Shown here piece by piece: positions 19,696 through 28,344 of a stretch of 64,000 nucleotides of DNA. The DNA lies in assembly GCA_965224485.1 (NCBI GenBank), contig CBDCZH010000001.1, positions 45,907 through 109,906 of the forward strand, read 5' to 3'. This DNA is from Arcobacteraceae bacterium. Lineage in GTDB: Bacteria > Campylobacterota > Campylobacteria > Campylobacterales > Arcobacteraceae. Below the pieces are notes generated by a model. It had not been told where the DNA came from. It searched no databases and saw only the letters and a program-made list of their open reading frames with translations. Every line of letters starts with the position of its first letter. Within the stretch, counting starts at the first letter, position 1. A program made the position numbers and the translations under genes.

Positions 19696-20583
19696 CATTG
19701 TTATTGTTTTTTAATTCATCAACTAGTTCATCTTTTGTATGTAAATATAATTTATACTGACTTGCGAAAATATGTTCATTATCTTGAGGCAAAGAATATT
19801 GAACTACTTTTTCATTTTTATCATTACAAAGTAGTATTCCTATTGTTTTATTGTCATCACTATTTTTTATCTCTCTATCAAAATAATTTACATACATTTG
19901 CAATTGACCTAAATCTTGGTGTTTAATTTTCTAGTTTTAAGCTCAATAATTACATAACACTTTAAAGGAATATTATAAAATACCAAATCAGCAAAATAAC
20001 TATCTTCACTTAATGTCAAACGATATTGTCTTTTTACAAATGCAAAACCACGACCAAGTTCTAGTAAAAACTTTTCAAGATGTTCAATTAGTCTGTCTTT
20101 TAAAACTTTTTCATTGTTATTTGTGATTTCATCAAGTCCAAAAAACCCAATATATAAGGGTCTTTTATAATATCTTTTGGTTTCCTTTGAGCTGTTGTTT
20201 CTAACTCTTTTTTTTTCTTTAATTCTTAATATCGTATTGTTTTGTATCTCTTTTTGCAGTTGCCGTACTGTTAGGTTTTGCTCAATTGCATACTTTTCAT
20301 AAAACTTCATTTCATTATTATCAAGTCTCATAAGATAAGTATAGTGTGTAAAAGATAGTTTAAATGTAGATTCGCCAGTCAATGACTGGCTTTTTTGCAA
20401 ATCCAATTCTCCCGTCATTGACTGGAGTTTTTTATAAAACTATCTGCAATCTTTTATAGTAGAAACAGAAAAACCTTTTCCATATTTTAAAGTAAGTTTT
20501 TTAGATAAGTTTTGAATATTTCCAATCTTACTTTTAGCATCTTCTATTTCATTATATTGAGCTATTAATAAATCTTTTATCAT
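19676..20583 (-). pseudogene. YhcG/DUF1016 PDDEXK nuclease pseudogene
   Basis: LSKKLTLKYGKGFS then an in-frame TAG; LSFTHY; KDPYIL in a shifted frame; FLLELGRGFAFVKRQ, DLVFYN, IIELK; further frameshift before GQLQMYVNYFDRE. Confidence 0.85.
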
Positions 20584-20594
20584 AAAATACTTTT

Positions 20595-20700
20595 ATATTT
20601 TTTTATAAAAACTATCTTGTTTATGTTCATATCTTCTAAAAATAGCCCAAGAAATATAATTAACAATTTATAAGTTTACATTTGAAGGACTAGAATGATG
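20595..20700 (-). pseudogene. Remnant of a DUF3800-like gene C-terminus
   Basis: HHSSPSNVNL*IVNYISWAIFRRYE resembles the LQxxDYxxWAIFRKYE motif, with Q changed to stop. Confidence 0.45.
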
Positions 20701-20775
20701 AAAATATCATATCTTATAAAATATCTTCTTAATTGTATCTCTAAAATTTCTTATATCTTGTTACGTAAAATTCCT

Positions 20776-22509
20776 TTATTCATATTCGGGTTTTGGTTCA
20801 GCTACCAAAATATTTTCATAATTATTTATCTTATGCTGTGGAATAAACTTTTTAAAATAGTTTTCTAAATTTTTATCATAACAGTATATATAGGTACCTT
20901 TTATTCCTCGATACATAATAGTTTTATAAATATTAATTATGTATTCATGTAGTTGAGTTAAATTAATTCCCGCTTTCCCATTTCTATCATAATAATTTTC
21001 TTTTTTAGTTTCAATTAGTTTTGTTTTGTTATTGTAGATTATATCGCTTCCAAAGATAACTCCAGCGTAGTTTAAATCATAGCCTTGGGTAGTATGTATA
21101 CATCCCATTTCATTCATTTTACTTGTTGAATTAATCCAATCTTTATTTGTTCTATTCCAATATAAATCTACCCCATCAATTATAACATCTGGTTGTGCTG
21201 TTTTATTTGAAATCCATTTCCATGAATATCCAGAAATTGTTCTACATAATCCATGTTTTTTTTCTTTAATACTTAATTCTGTTATCATATCTTTCATTGA
21301 AGCAAAAAGTTTTAAATCATAATTCTTAGATTTCCATATATCTATTTTTTTGTTTGAAGATAAAAGGTTATTAATAAATTTAATATAATCTTCTCCTCCT
21401 TCAACTCTCATTTGAGATTTTAGTTCAATTGTTATGGAGTATGATTTTATTTTGTCAAATTCAGTTTGTTCCACATCTGAAGGTCTAATTGATTGCTTTT
21501 TATCATAAAAAAATAATTGATTATCACTTGAAAGTTGAATCCAATCTAGTTCATTACCTTTCACTTTATCTAAATTAAAAGATTTATTTGTTTTATCGAA
21601 TTCACCATAGCCAGTTATGTTTTTCCTTCTTTTTAATCTATGTGCTTCATCTACTATTAAAATATCATAATAATCATGTTTAACTTCATTTGGCCCAATT
21701 ACTAATTTTTGAGATAATCCGTGAATACTTTTAAATACTTTTTGTAATGTTTTTCTTAAAGATGTCATAGGAATAACAAGTGCTATTTTTAACTCTTCTT
21801 TATTTCTTTTTAGTTTGTTTTTTACCTCTTGAGCTAATTCTATTAAGGAACTAACTTCAAAGTTATCTTCTAAGTCATCACTATTTATATCACTTAATAG
21901 AAGCTTGATAAGATATACTGCAAGTATAGTTTTTCCGGTTCCTGCACTACCTTGAATAAAAGTACTTGTTTCATTTTTTGAATTATTTAGTATAAAAAGA
22001 TATTCTCTTATTGCATTATATTGATCTTCTGATAATTGCTTATATGGTGAGTATTTAAATAGGTCAGAATTTTGAATATTAAGAAGATCATTTTTTACTA
22101 GTTTTTCAAATTGTAAATTCTTCCAAATATTTTGAAAAGTATCTTCATATTTATTCTTTTGATAATATTGATGATTTGAAATACCATCATTTGCATTTAG
22201 AAGTTTAAATTGATTATCTGCAAGCATATTTTGAATTAAACTTGATTCAATATCAAGAACAGAAGATTTATTAAAGTATTGGCTAAAAATAATTTTTATA
22301 TTCTTTAGTTGCTTTTTTTCAGAATTGGATAAATGTTGCTTTACTCTATTTAAAATATTTGTTGTTTCTCCTATATACGCTTTTTTACTTTTTTTACAGT
22401 AAATGATATATACTGTTGGAAAAATATAATATGTTGGCATTTCTTCTTTTATCTGGTTAAATGAGGAATGATCAAAGATATAATCTTTTGTTAAGTATTC
22501 AAATGACAT
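20776..22509 (-). CDS. GIY-YIG nuclease fused to a DUF2075 (Schlafen-group-3-like) helicase
   Basis: VYII..AYIGET..RVKQH; Walker A GSAGTGKT; LIVDEAHRL; GCIHTTQGYDLNYAGV. Confidence 0.85.
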   Translation of the reverse strand: MSFEYLTKDYIFDHSSFNQIKEEMPTYYIFPTVYIIYCKKSKKAYIGETTNILNRVKQHLSNSEKKQLKNIKIIFSQYFNKSSVLDIESSLIQNMLADNQFKLLNANDGISNHQYYQKNKYEDTFQNIWKNLQFEKLVKNDLLNIQNSDLFKYSPYKQLSEDQYNAIREYLFILNNSKNETSTFIQGSAGTGKTILAVYLIKLLLSDINSDDLEDNFEVSSLIELAQEVKNKLKRNKEELKIALVIPMTSLRKTLQKVFKSIHGLSQKLVIGPNEVKHDYYDILIVDEAHRLKRRKNITGYGEFDKTNKSFNLDKVKGNELDWIQLSSDNQLFFYDKKQSIRPSDVEQTEFDKIKSYSITIELKSQMRVEGGEDYIKFINNLLSSNKKIDIWKSKNYDLKLFASMKDMITELSIKEKKHGLCRTISGYSWKWISNKTAQPDVIIDGVDLYWNRTNKDWINSTSKMNEMGCIHTTQGYDLNYAGVIFGSDIIYNNKTKLIETKKENYYDRNGKAGINLTQLHEYIINIYKTIMYRGIKGTYIYCYDKNLENYFKKFIPQHKINNYENILVAEPKPEYE

Positions 22510-22853
22510 TAAATTTCTGTGTACTTTCTAAAGTTTCCTTTAATCTTTTCAATTGGATATTTTTTTTCATTTTTTTTCATCTTTTCTAATATTGCATCTT
22601 CTAAATTTATATCTAATTTCATACATAATTTAATCAGATAAATAGCGATATCTGCTATCTCATCTTTTGTATGAGCTTTATTTTCAATACTTAGATTTTT
22701 AGATTCTTGCTCATCCATCCATTGAAATATTTCATTAAGTTCACCTATCTCCCCAGATAGAGCCATGATTAAATTTTTTGGAGAATGATATTTATCCCAT
22801 TCTCTTTCTTCAGAAAAGTTTTTAATTATGTGCTCTATATTTTTTAAGTTCAT
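22509..22853 (-). CDS. MazG-like nucleotide pyrophosphohydrolase (dCTPase-type)
   Basis: REWDKYHSPKNL, GEIGELNEIFQW, DEIADI, KMKKNEKKYP. Confidence 0.9.
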   Translation of the reverse strand: MNLKNIEHIIKNFSEEREWDKYHSPKNLIMALSGEIGELNEIFQWMDEQESKNLSIENKAHTKDEIADIAIYLIKLCMKLDINLEDAILEKMKKNEKKYPIEKIKGNFRKYTEI

Positions 22854-22960
22854 AAAGTATTCCTAATATAAATTATTATTAAATAATTTTACTATAATTA
22901 ATTAAATTTTTTGCTTATAGAAATTGTTATGATTAGTGAGAGTTTTTCATTTTATTGCAA

Positions 22961-22989
22961 TTGACTTAACTTAATATATCTGATATAAT
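22961..22989 (+). promoter_or_regulatory. Sigma70 promoter convergent on mazF-like gene 1
   Basis: TTGACT-17 bp-TATAAT with TG extension; no + strand gene downstream. Confidence 0.8.
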
Positions 22990-22995
22990 ATTCGT

Positions 22996-23035
22996 ATAAT
23001 TTCCTTCGGGACTGCCCTCTTAATTTTTAAGAGGG
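22996..23035 (+). ncRNA. Candidate structured small RNA, copy 1 (3' end uncertain)
   Basis: ATAATT, then TCC-TTCG-GGA, then CCCTCTTAA-TTT-TTAAGAGGG; stems co-vary with copy 2. Confidence 0.6.
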
Positions 23036-23041
23036 AGAAAA

Positions 23042-23428
23042 TCATAAATCTAATAGCTTTTTTAATTTTTTCCTTAAATTACTAAAATAAGCTTTATTTA
23101 TTACTCCTACTTTTGTATCCAATCTTTTTACATCATAAATTTTAGCTTGTACTAATAGTGCATTACTTTGTATATTATTTAAGTTAAAGTTGTAGAAAAA
23201 ACTTCCCTCTTTTATTTTTGTTGATAAGGGTACACCTAAAAATAAATCCCTATTCAATTTTTGAATTATTAATATAGGTCTTGAAAAATCCTTCCCTTTC
23301 CCATTTTGTTCAGAGCCAATATTTTCACCTATACTTGCCCAATAAATTTCCCTATTTTTTACGTTGATGGTATTTACTCTTTTATCTACTTGTTTTTTAA
23401 CTTCATTCCATTCATCAAAATCTTTCAT
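23042..23428 (-). CDS. PemK/MazF-family endoribonuclease toxin 1, no protein antitoxin
   Basis: REIYWASIGENIGSEQNGKG..RPILII, GVPLST; ATGA overlap with radC. Confidence 0.88.
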   Translation of the reverse strand: MKDFDEWNEVKKQVDKRVNTINVKNREIYWASIGENIGSEQNGKGKDFSRPILIIQKLNRDLFLGVPLSTKIKEGSFFYNFNLNNIQSNALLVQAKIYDVKRLDTKVGVINKAYFSNLRKKLKKLLDL

Positions 23429-24084
23429 AATAATTCTTCTTCTTTAAAAGAGAAAAATCCATCTTTACTAAGTATTACATGGTCTAAAAATTCTATTCCT
23501 AATATCTTTGCACTTGTTTGTAGTCTTTTTGTTATATTTATATCTTCACTACTTGGTTTTAGAATGGAAGAGGGGTGATTATGAGCAACTATTATACTTG
23601 CACAGCGTTTTTGTATTGCATATGAGAATACTTCCCTTGGATGCACCAAGGATTGGTTTAATGTGCCTATACTTATTACTTTTGTAGCTACTATATTATT
23701 TGCTCCATCTAAATAGATACTTAAGAAGTATTCTTGTTTTTTATTATGATACTTTTTTAGGTGAATATATATATCTTTTGCTGTTTTGATTTGTACTTTT
23801 GTTTTACTTAGGTATCTTTTTGATAATTCAAGGGCTGATAATATTTGGGAGGCTTTACTTAAACCTAAACCATGAATTGCTGTTAGTTTTTCTAAACTTA
23901 GGTTTTGAAAGTCTTTTTCAAAAAGTTTTATTATTTCTTTTGATAAATTCAAAACATCTTTTTGTTTTGTTCCACTTCCTAGAATGATTGAGAGAAGTTC
24001 ATAATCTTTTAAAGAAGATATTCCATTTTTGATAAGTTTTTCTCTTGGTTTATCTATATTGTTTAAATTTTTGATTGTTTCCAT
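23425..24084 (-). CDS. radC: RadC (JAB/MPN domain) protein, full length
   Basis: KPREKL, ELLSIILGSG, VHPREVF, HNHPS..PSSED, LDHVI. Confidence 0.93.
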   Translation of the reverse strand: METIKNLNNIDKPREKLIKNGISSLKDYELLSIILGSGTKQKDVLNLSKEIIKLFEKDFQNLSLEKLTAIHGLGLSKASQILSALELSKRYLSKTKVQIKTAKDIYIHLKKYHNKKQEYFLSIYLDGANNIVATKVISIGTLNQSLVHPREVFSYAIQKRCASIIVAHNHPSSILKPSSEDINITKRLQTSAKILGIEFLDHVILSKDGFFSFKEEELL

Positions 24085-24094
24085 TTTCTCTCCT

Positions 24095-24123
24095 TTGACT
24101 TAATAGCCGTTATCTGATATAAT
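24095..24123 (+). promoter_or_regulatory. Sigma70 promoter convergent on mazF-like gene 2
   Basis: TTGACT-17 bp-TATAAT with TG extension; shares TTGACTTAA and TATCTGATATAAT with 22961-22989. Confidence 0.8.
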
Positions 24124-24129
24124 ACATAC

Positions 24130-24168
24130 ATAATTCGCCTTCGGGCACACCCACTTTTTTCAAGTGGG
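24130..24168 (+). ncRNA. Candidate structured small RNA, copy 2 (3' end uncertain)
   Basis: ATAATT, then GCC-TTCG-GGC, then CCCACTT-TTTTC-AAGTGGG, overlapping the toxin stop. Confidence 0.6.
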
Positions 24169-24564
24169 GCTAATTATTCCTCGTAGTTTTAAAATAATTT
24201 CTTCAAAATCTTTTTTATTTACTATTCCTATTTTGTTCATTAGTCTTTTTATACTAAAAACTTTTACTTGTAGTATCATTGCAGAATTTTTAGTTTCACC
24301 ATTTTGTTTATTTGTATATGTAAACTTGTGAAAATAATCATTGTTTTTTATTGTACTGGTAATTTGAACCCCAATAAATAAATCGCTTGTAAGTTTTCTT
24401 ATTATAATTATAGGTCTTGCAAAGTTTTTATCTTTGCCATATTCTTCGCTTCCAATATTCAAACCTATTTTTGCCCAAAATATTTCGCGAGATTTAATTC
24501 CTAGTTCTCTTTCATTTGTAGAACATTTCTTTTTTATTTCATTCCAATTATCGTAATCTTTCAT
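24160..24564 (-). CDS. PemK/MazF-family endoribonuclease toxin 2, no protein antitoxin
   Basis: REIFWAKIGLNIGSEEYGK..ARPIIII, GVQITST; paralog of toxin 1. Confidence 0.88.
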   Translation of the reverse strand: MKDYDNWNEIKKKCSTNERELGIKSREIFWAKIGLNIGSEEYGKDKNFARPIIIIRKLTSDLFIGVQITSTIKNNDYFHKFTYTNKQNGETKNSAMILQVKVFSIKRLMNKIGIVNKKDFEEIILKLRGIISPT

Positions 24565-24634
24565 AACTGTCCTTTATTAGAATAAAGTATAGTATAAAAT
24601 AATTAAAAAAGTAATTTAATTTGGAACTAAACTA

Positions 24635-25192
24635 TTAAAGGGAGCTTTTAATGGATTTTAAAATACTTTCTTGTCGATTTATTTTGGAATCACTTCTTAG
24701 AAAGATACTTGTTAAGTTCTTATCTATTACTTTTATATAAAACTTTTTAATATAGGGATAGCTATAAGTTTTATTCATAGTTTGAGTTGATAGTTTTTTT
24801 ATTGGATAAATTTGCATTAAAATAAAAAGTACAAAAGAGATTACTAATATTGCTTCTAAAAAAGATATGATTTTTGCTAGTAGTATTTTTATTCTTGCAC
24901 TTGAAATTAGGTAATTTAGTGCTTTAAGAATATATTTAAAACTATAAATTAAGATAAGTAAATTGATAAAAAAAGCTAATAATATAGCTATATAATATGT
25001 ATCAGCTCTTAAAATATTTACTTTTGATAAAAAAGTATAAGTTTCATAGGAGAAAGAAGAAGATAAAAATATAAATAAAAATATTTTTATATAATCAAAT
25101 ACTTTTATATACGTTCTTTTTATATAATTAAAATACGAGAAAAAAACAATGGCTAGAAAAAATAACAAATCAATAATAAAGTAATACTTCAT
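24635..25192 (-). CDS. Membrane protein, possibly CvpA-like
   Basis: About 4 TM helices followed by a soluble tail. Confidence 0.5.
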   Translation of the reverse strand: MKYYFIIDLLFFLAIVFFSYFNYIKRTYIKVFDYIKIFLFIFLSSSFSYETYTFLSKVNILRADTYYIAILLAFFINLLILIYSFKYILKALNYLISSARIKILLAKIISFLEAILVISFVLFILMQIYPIKKLSTQTMNKTYSYPYIKKFYIKVIDKNLTSIFLRSDSKINRQESILKSIKSSL

Positions 25193-25365
25193 AACTATCC
25201 TAATTAAAAGAGAATTATCTCATATTTTTGTATAAAATAATATAAATATAAGAAAAATATAAAAAAACTACTAACTTAAGGTAAACTTATTGATATTAAT
25301 TATTAATATAAGTTAACTTTCAAGTAAAATTTAGTAAAATCTTTTAAATAAAAAAGGATTTATAT

Positions 25366-25920
25366 ATGAAAAAAATATTATTAACTGCTGTTTTAGCATT
25401 CGCTTTATTTACTAACTTAAATGCGTATGACTTAGATGGTGATTTAGGTTTAAAATGGACTGGTTTTAAATCAGCAAACAAAGTTGGAGTTGCTGGGACT
25501 TTTAAAAAAGTTACACTTGAAATGAAAAAAGCTGCTAAATTAGCTGATTTCTTAAAAAGTTCAAAAGTAGAAATTGATACGTCTAGTGTTAATACAAAAA
25601 TGGGATTTAGAGATAAAAACATTACTTCTACTCTTTTCAAGCTTGCAAGCTCTAAACTTATCAAAGGTTCAATCTCTTCTGTAAAAGGTGATGATAAAAA
25701 AGGTTCATTAAGTTTAACACTTACTATGAATGAAGTTACTAAAGAAGTACCTATGACTTATGAAGTTAGTGCTAATAAAATTATTGTAAAAGGTAGTGTT
25801 GAAATATTAGACTTTGCTTTAAGTGAATCATTTGCAGCTTTTGCTAAAAAATGTAAAGCTTTTCACCAAAATAAAACATATTCTGATGTAGCTGTTGAGT
25901 TTACTATTCCTTTTAAATAA
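25366..25920 (+). CDS. YceI-family periplasmic lipid-binding protein
   Basis: Signal peptide; WTGFK..GTF; IDTSSVNT..RD; LTMNEVTKEV. Confidence 0.85.
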   Translation: MKKILLTAVLAFALFTNLNAYDLDGDLGLKWTGFKSANKVGVAGTFKKVTLEMKKAAKLADFLKSSKVEIDTSSVNTKMGFRDKNITSTLFKLASSKLIKGSISSVKGDDKKGSLSLTLTMNEVTKEVPMTYEVSANKIIVKGSVEILDFALSESFAAFAKKCKAFHQNKTYSDVAVEFTIPFK

Positions 25921-25935
25921 AAAGAAATAAGAATA

Positions 25936-25970
25936 AAAAAAGGCTTCTATATAATATAGAAGCCTTTTTT
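25936..25970. terminator. Bidirectional intrinsic terminator
   Basis: AAAAAAGGCTTCTATA-TAA-TATAGAAGCCTTTTTT between convergent genes. Confidence 0.85.
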
Positions 25971-25985
25971 ATTATATAAAATATC

Positions 25986-26663
25986 TTATTTAAATAAAGA
26001 CGAACCAACTCTAATCATATTCGAACCACTTGCGATTGCAAGTTCATAATCACTGCTCATACCCATTGAACAATATTTTGCTCCAAAAGGTACAACTTTA
26101 TCATAAATATCTTTTGTGATCTTAAAAGATTCTTTAATCTCTTCTCTAATCGTGCTATGTGCTCCTATGCTCATAACACCAAGAAGTTTAATATTTGGAC
26201 AGGTATCTAATATACTTTTATAAATATCAAAAGCTTCTTGTGCTTGTACTCCTGCTTTACTAGGCTCATTTGCAGAGTTTATTTGCAGTAAACATTTCAT
26301 AGTTTTATTTTTTGCTTCAAGTTTTTTATTTAATTCTTGGGCTAAACTAAGAGAATCAAGAGAGTGCATTAGTGTTGGATTTAAATCAATTAAATTATTG
26401 ATTTTATTTTTTTGTAGTGTTCCTATAAAGTGCCATTCTAAAGGAAGTTCATCTAAAGCTTCAGCTTTTTGCTTTAAATCTTGTACTTTATTTTCCCCAT
26501 AAGCTCTTTGACCTGCTTCATATAAACTTGTGATATCTTCTTTGTTTGAATACTTAGAAACTGCTATTAGTTTAACTATATGATGCTCACTTATAAAAAG
26601 CCTAGCACCTTCCATTTTACTAATAACTTTATTCAAGTTTAGTATTGCTTGTTCTTTATTCAT
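25986..26663 (-). CDS. yggS: PLP homeostasis protein
   Basis: LIAVSK, GENKVQ, WHFIGTLQKNK, SMGMSSD, IRVGS. Confidence 0.93.
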   Translation of the reverse strand: MNKEQAILNLNKVISKMEGARLFISEHHIVKLIAVSKYSNKEDITSLYEAGQRAYGENKVQDLKQKAEALDELPLEWHFIGTLQKNKINNLIDLNPTLMHSLDSLSLAQELNKKLEAKNKTMKCLLQINSANEPSKAGVQAQEAFDIYKSILDTCPNIKLLGVMSIGAHSTIREEIKESFKITKDIYDKVVPFGAKYCSMGMSSDYELAIASGSNMIRVGSSLFK

Positions 26664-26677
26664 ATATCTTTATCCTT

Positions 26678-27730
26678 CTAGCCAAAAAATCTATTAATAT
26701 CATTGTAAATACCAAGAATCATAAGTGATCCTAATATTAGCCAACCAGCAATTGTTAAAAACATAAAAACTTTTTCACTTGGTTTTTTTCTTGTTATTAT
26801 TTCATAAATATTAAACATAATATGTCCACCATCAAGGGCAGGAATTGGTAAAAGGTTTAGAACACCTAGGTTTACTGAGATTAAAGCTGTAATTGTAAGT
26901 AGGGCAATAATAGAAGACTGTGAAGCGTCTGAAATAACCTTACCAATAGTAATAACTCCACCAACTTCACTAGAAGGAATAACTCCAGAAATTAGTTTTT
27001 GAACACCTTTAAAAATTAAACTTGAGGACTCAATAGTTTTATCATAAGCATAAAGAAATGATTGTGATATAGATAAGTCAAGTTTGATTAAGATTGGTGC
27101 TGGGGCAATTCCAATCATTCTTTTTTTAATTTTTTCTTTGAAAATATTTTGTGAGTCTGAAACTTTTGGTCTTATAACTTTAGCTTGAAGTTTACCATCT
27201 CTTTTTATATAAAATTTTAATGCACCTTGAGTACTTGTTATATATTTTCCAATATCATTCCAAGTTTTAACCTCATGTTGGTTAATTCTTACAATTTTAT
27301 CATTTACTAATAATCCCGCTTTTTGTGCTGGTGAATTTTCAATAATCTTTCCAATTGTAGGACTTAGAGCTGTTGCTCCAATGTTTGCAATAACAAAGTA
27401 TAAAATTCCTGCTAATAAAAAGTTTGCAAAAGGACCTGCTAAAAGTATAATAATTCTTTGCCAAGGTTTTTTTGTATTATATGAATCATCACCAAGTTCT
27501 ACTAAATTTGGTTTACTATCATCTTGACCTTTCATTTTTACATAACCACCTAAAGGGATTAATGAAAGTTGCCAAAGTGTATCTCCAAATTTTTTAGCAA
27601 AAATTTGTTTTCCAAAACCTATTGAAAAAACTTCTACTTTTACTTTAAAAAATCTAGCAGCGCTAAAGTGACCTAGTTCATGAAAAAAAACTAAAAATGA
27701 TAAAACCAATAAAAATGTAATAGTACCCAA
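26678..27730 (-). CDS. rseP: RIP metalloprotease RseP
   Basis: HELGH, AGPFANF, PDZ domain, NLLPIPALDGG. Confidence 0.95.
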   Translation of the reverse strand: MGTITFLLVLSFLVFFHELGHFSAARFFKVKVEVFSIGFGKQIFAKKFGDTLWQLSLIPLGGYVKMKGQDDSKPNLVELGDDSYNTKKPWQRIIILLAGPFANFLLAGILYFVIANIGATALSPTIGKIIENSPAQKAGLLVNDKIVRINQHEVKTWNDIGKYITSTQGALKFYIKRDGKLQAKVIRPKVSDSQNIFKEKIKKRMIGIAPAPILIKLDLSISQSFLYAYDKTIESSSLIFKGVQKLISGVIPSSEVGGVITIGKVISDASQSSIIALLTITALISVNLGVLNLLPIPALDGGHIMFNIYEIITRKKPSEKVFMFLTIAGWLILGSLMILGIYNDINRFFG

Positions 27731-27746
27731 TGTAAATCTCCGATTT

Positions 27747-27795
27747 AAGTGAAAAGTGAAAAATGAATAGTTGAAATTTTAATTTTTCTTTTCAT
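27747..27795. repeat. Degenerate heptamer (AAGTGAA) array with a weak inverted arm
   Basis: AAGTGAA-AAGTGAA-AAATGAA-TAGTTGAA followed by TTTTAATTTTTCTTTTCAT; same unit as 31329-31426. Confidence 0.55.
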
Positions 27796-27798
27796 CTT

Positions 27799-28344
27799 TT
27801 AGTTTTTGAAATAATCTCTTATATATTCATATCCTGAATATAGAGTTAAAAAAACTGCGAACCATAATAATTCAGCAGCATATGGCCAGTTCATAATTAA
27901 AAAACCAATAGCTATCATTTGAACAACTGTTTTAGTTTTCCCGCTTAAAGAAGAAGCTATATCTTTGCCTTCAGCAACAGCAACTACTCTAAGACCTGTT
28001 ATAAAGAACTCTCTTGAAAGAATTAGAAAAATTGCCCAAACTGAGGCTCTATTAAGTGCTAATAGTCCCATAAAACCAGCTAACATTAACATCTTATCTG
28101 CAAGTGGGTCTAAAATACTTCCCATTTTTGTCATTTGATTCCAAGCTCTTGCTATAAAACCATCAAAAAAGTCTGTAACTGAAGCAATAACAAAAACTAA
28201 TCCTGCAAAATAGTCCATCCAAGAAGGATGGAAACTTGCAAAAAGAGTATTGTTCCTATCAACTAAAAACCATAACATTAAAGGAGCTAGTGCTATTCTT
28301 AAAACAGCTAGTAGATTTGGTAGATTTACTACTTTTTCTTTCAT
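27799..28344 (-). CDS. pgsA: CDP-diacylglycerol--glycerol-3-phosphate 3-phosphatidyltransferase
   Basis: NLPNLL; DFFDGFIAR..G..LDPLADK. Confidence 0.95.
   Translation of the reverse strand: MKEKVVNLPNLLAVLRIALAPLMLWFLVDRNNTLFASFHPSWMDYFAGLVFVIASVTDFFDGFIARAWNQMTKMGSILDPLADKMLMLAGFMGLLALNRASVWAIFLILSREFFITGLRVVAVAEGKDIASSLSGKTKTVVQMIAIGFLIMNWPYAAELLWFAVFLTLYSGYEYIRDYFKN

Noticed and set aside
22996..24168. Classical type III (ToxIN/CptIN/TenpIN) antitoxin array
   Set aside because: No tandem repeats of about 35-55 nt upstream of either toxin; the motif is single-copy, downstream and on the opposite strand
18280..24600. Integron cassette array
   Set aside because: Genes are co-oriented, but I could not find attC-type RYYYAAC...GTTRRRY sites and there is no intI
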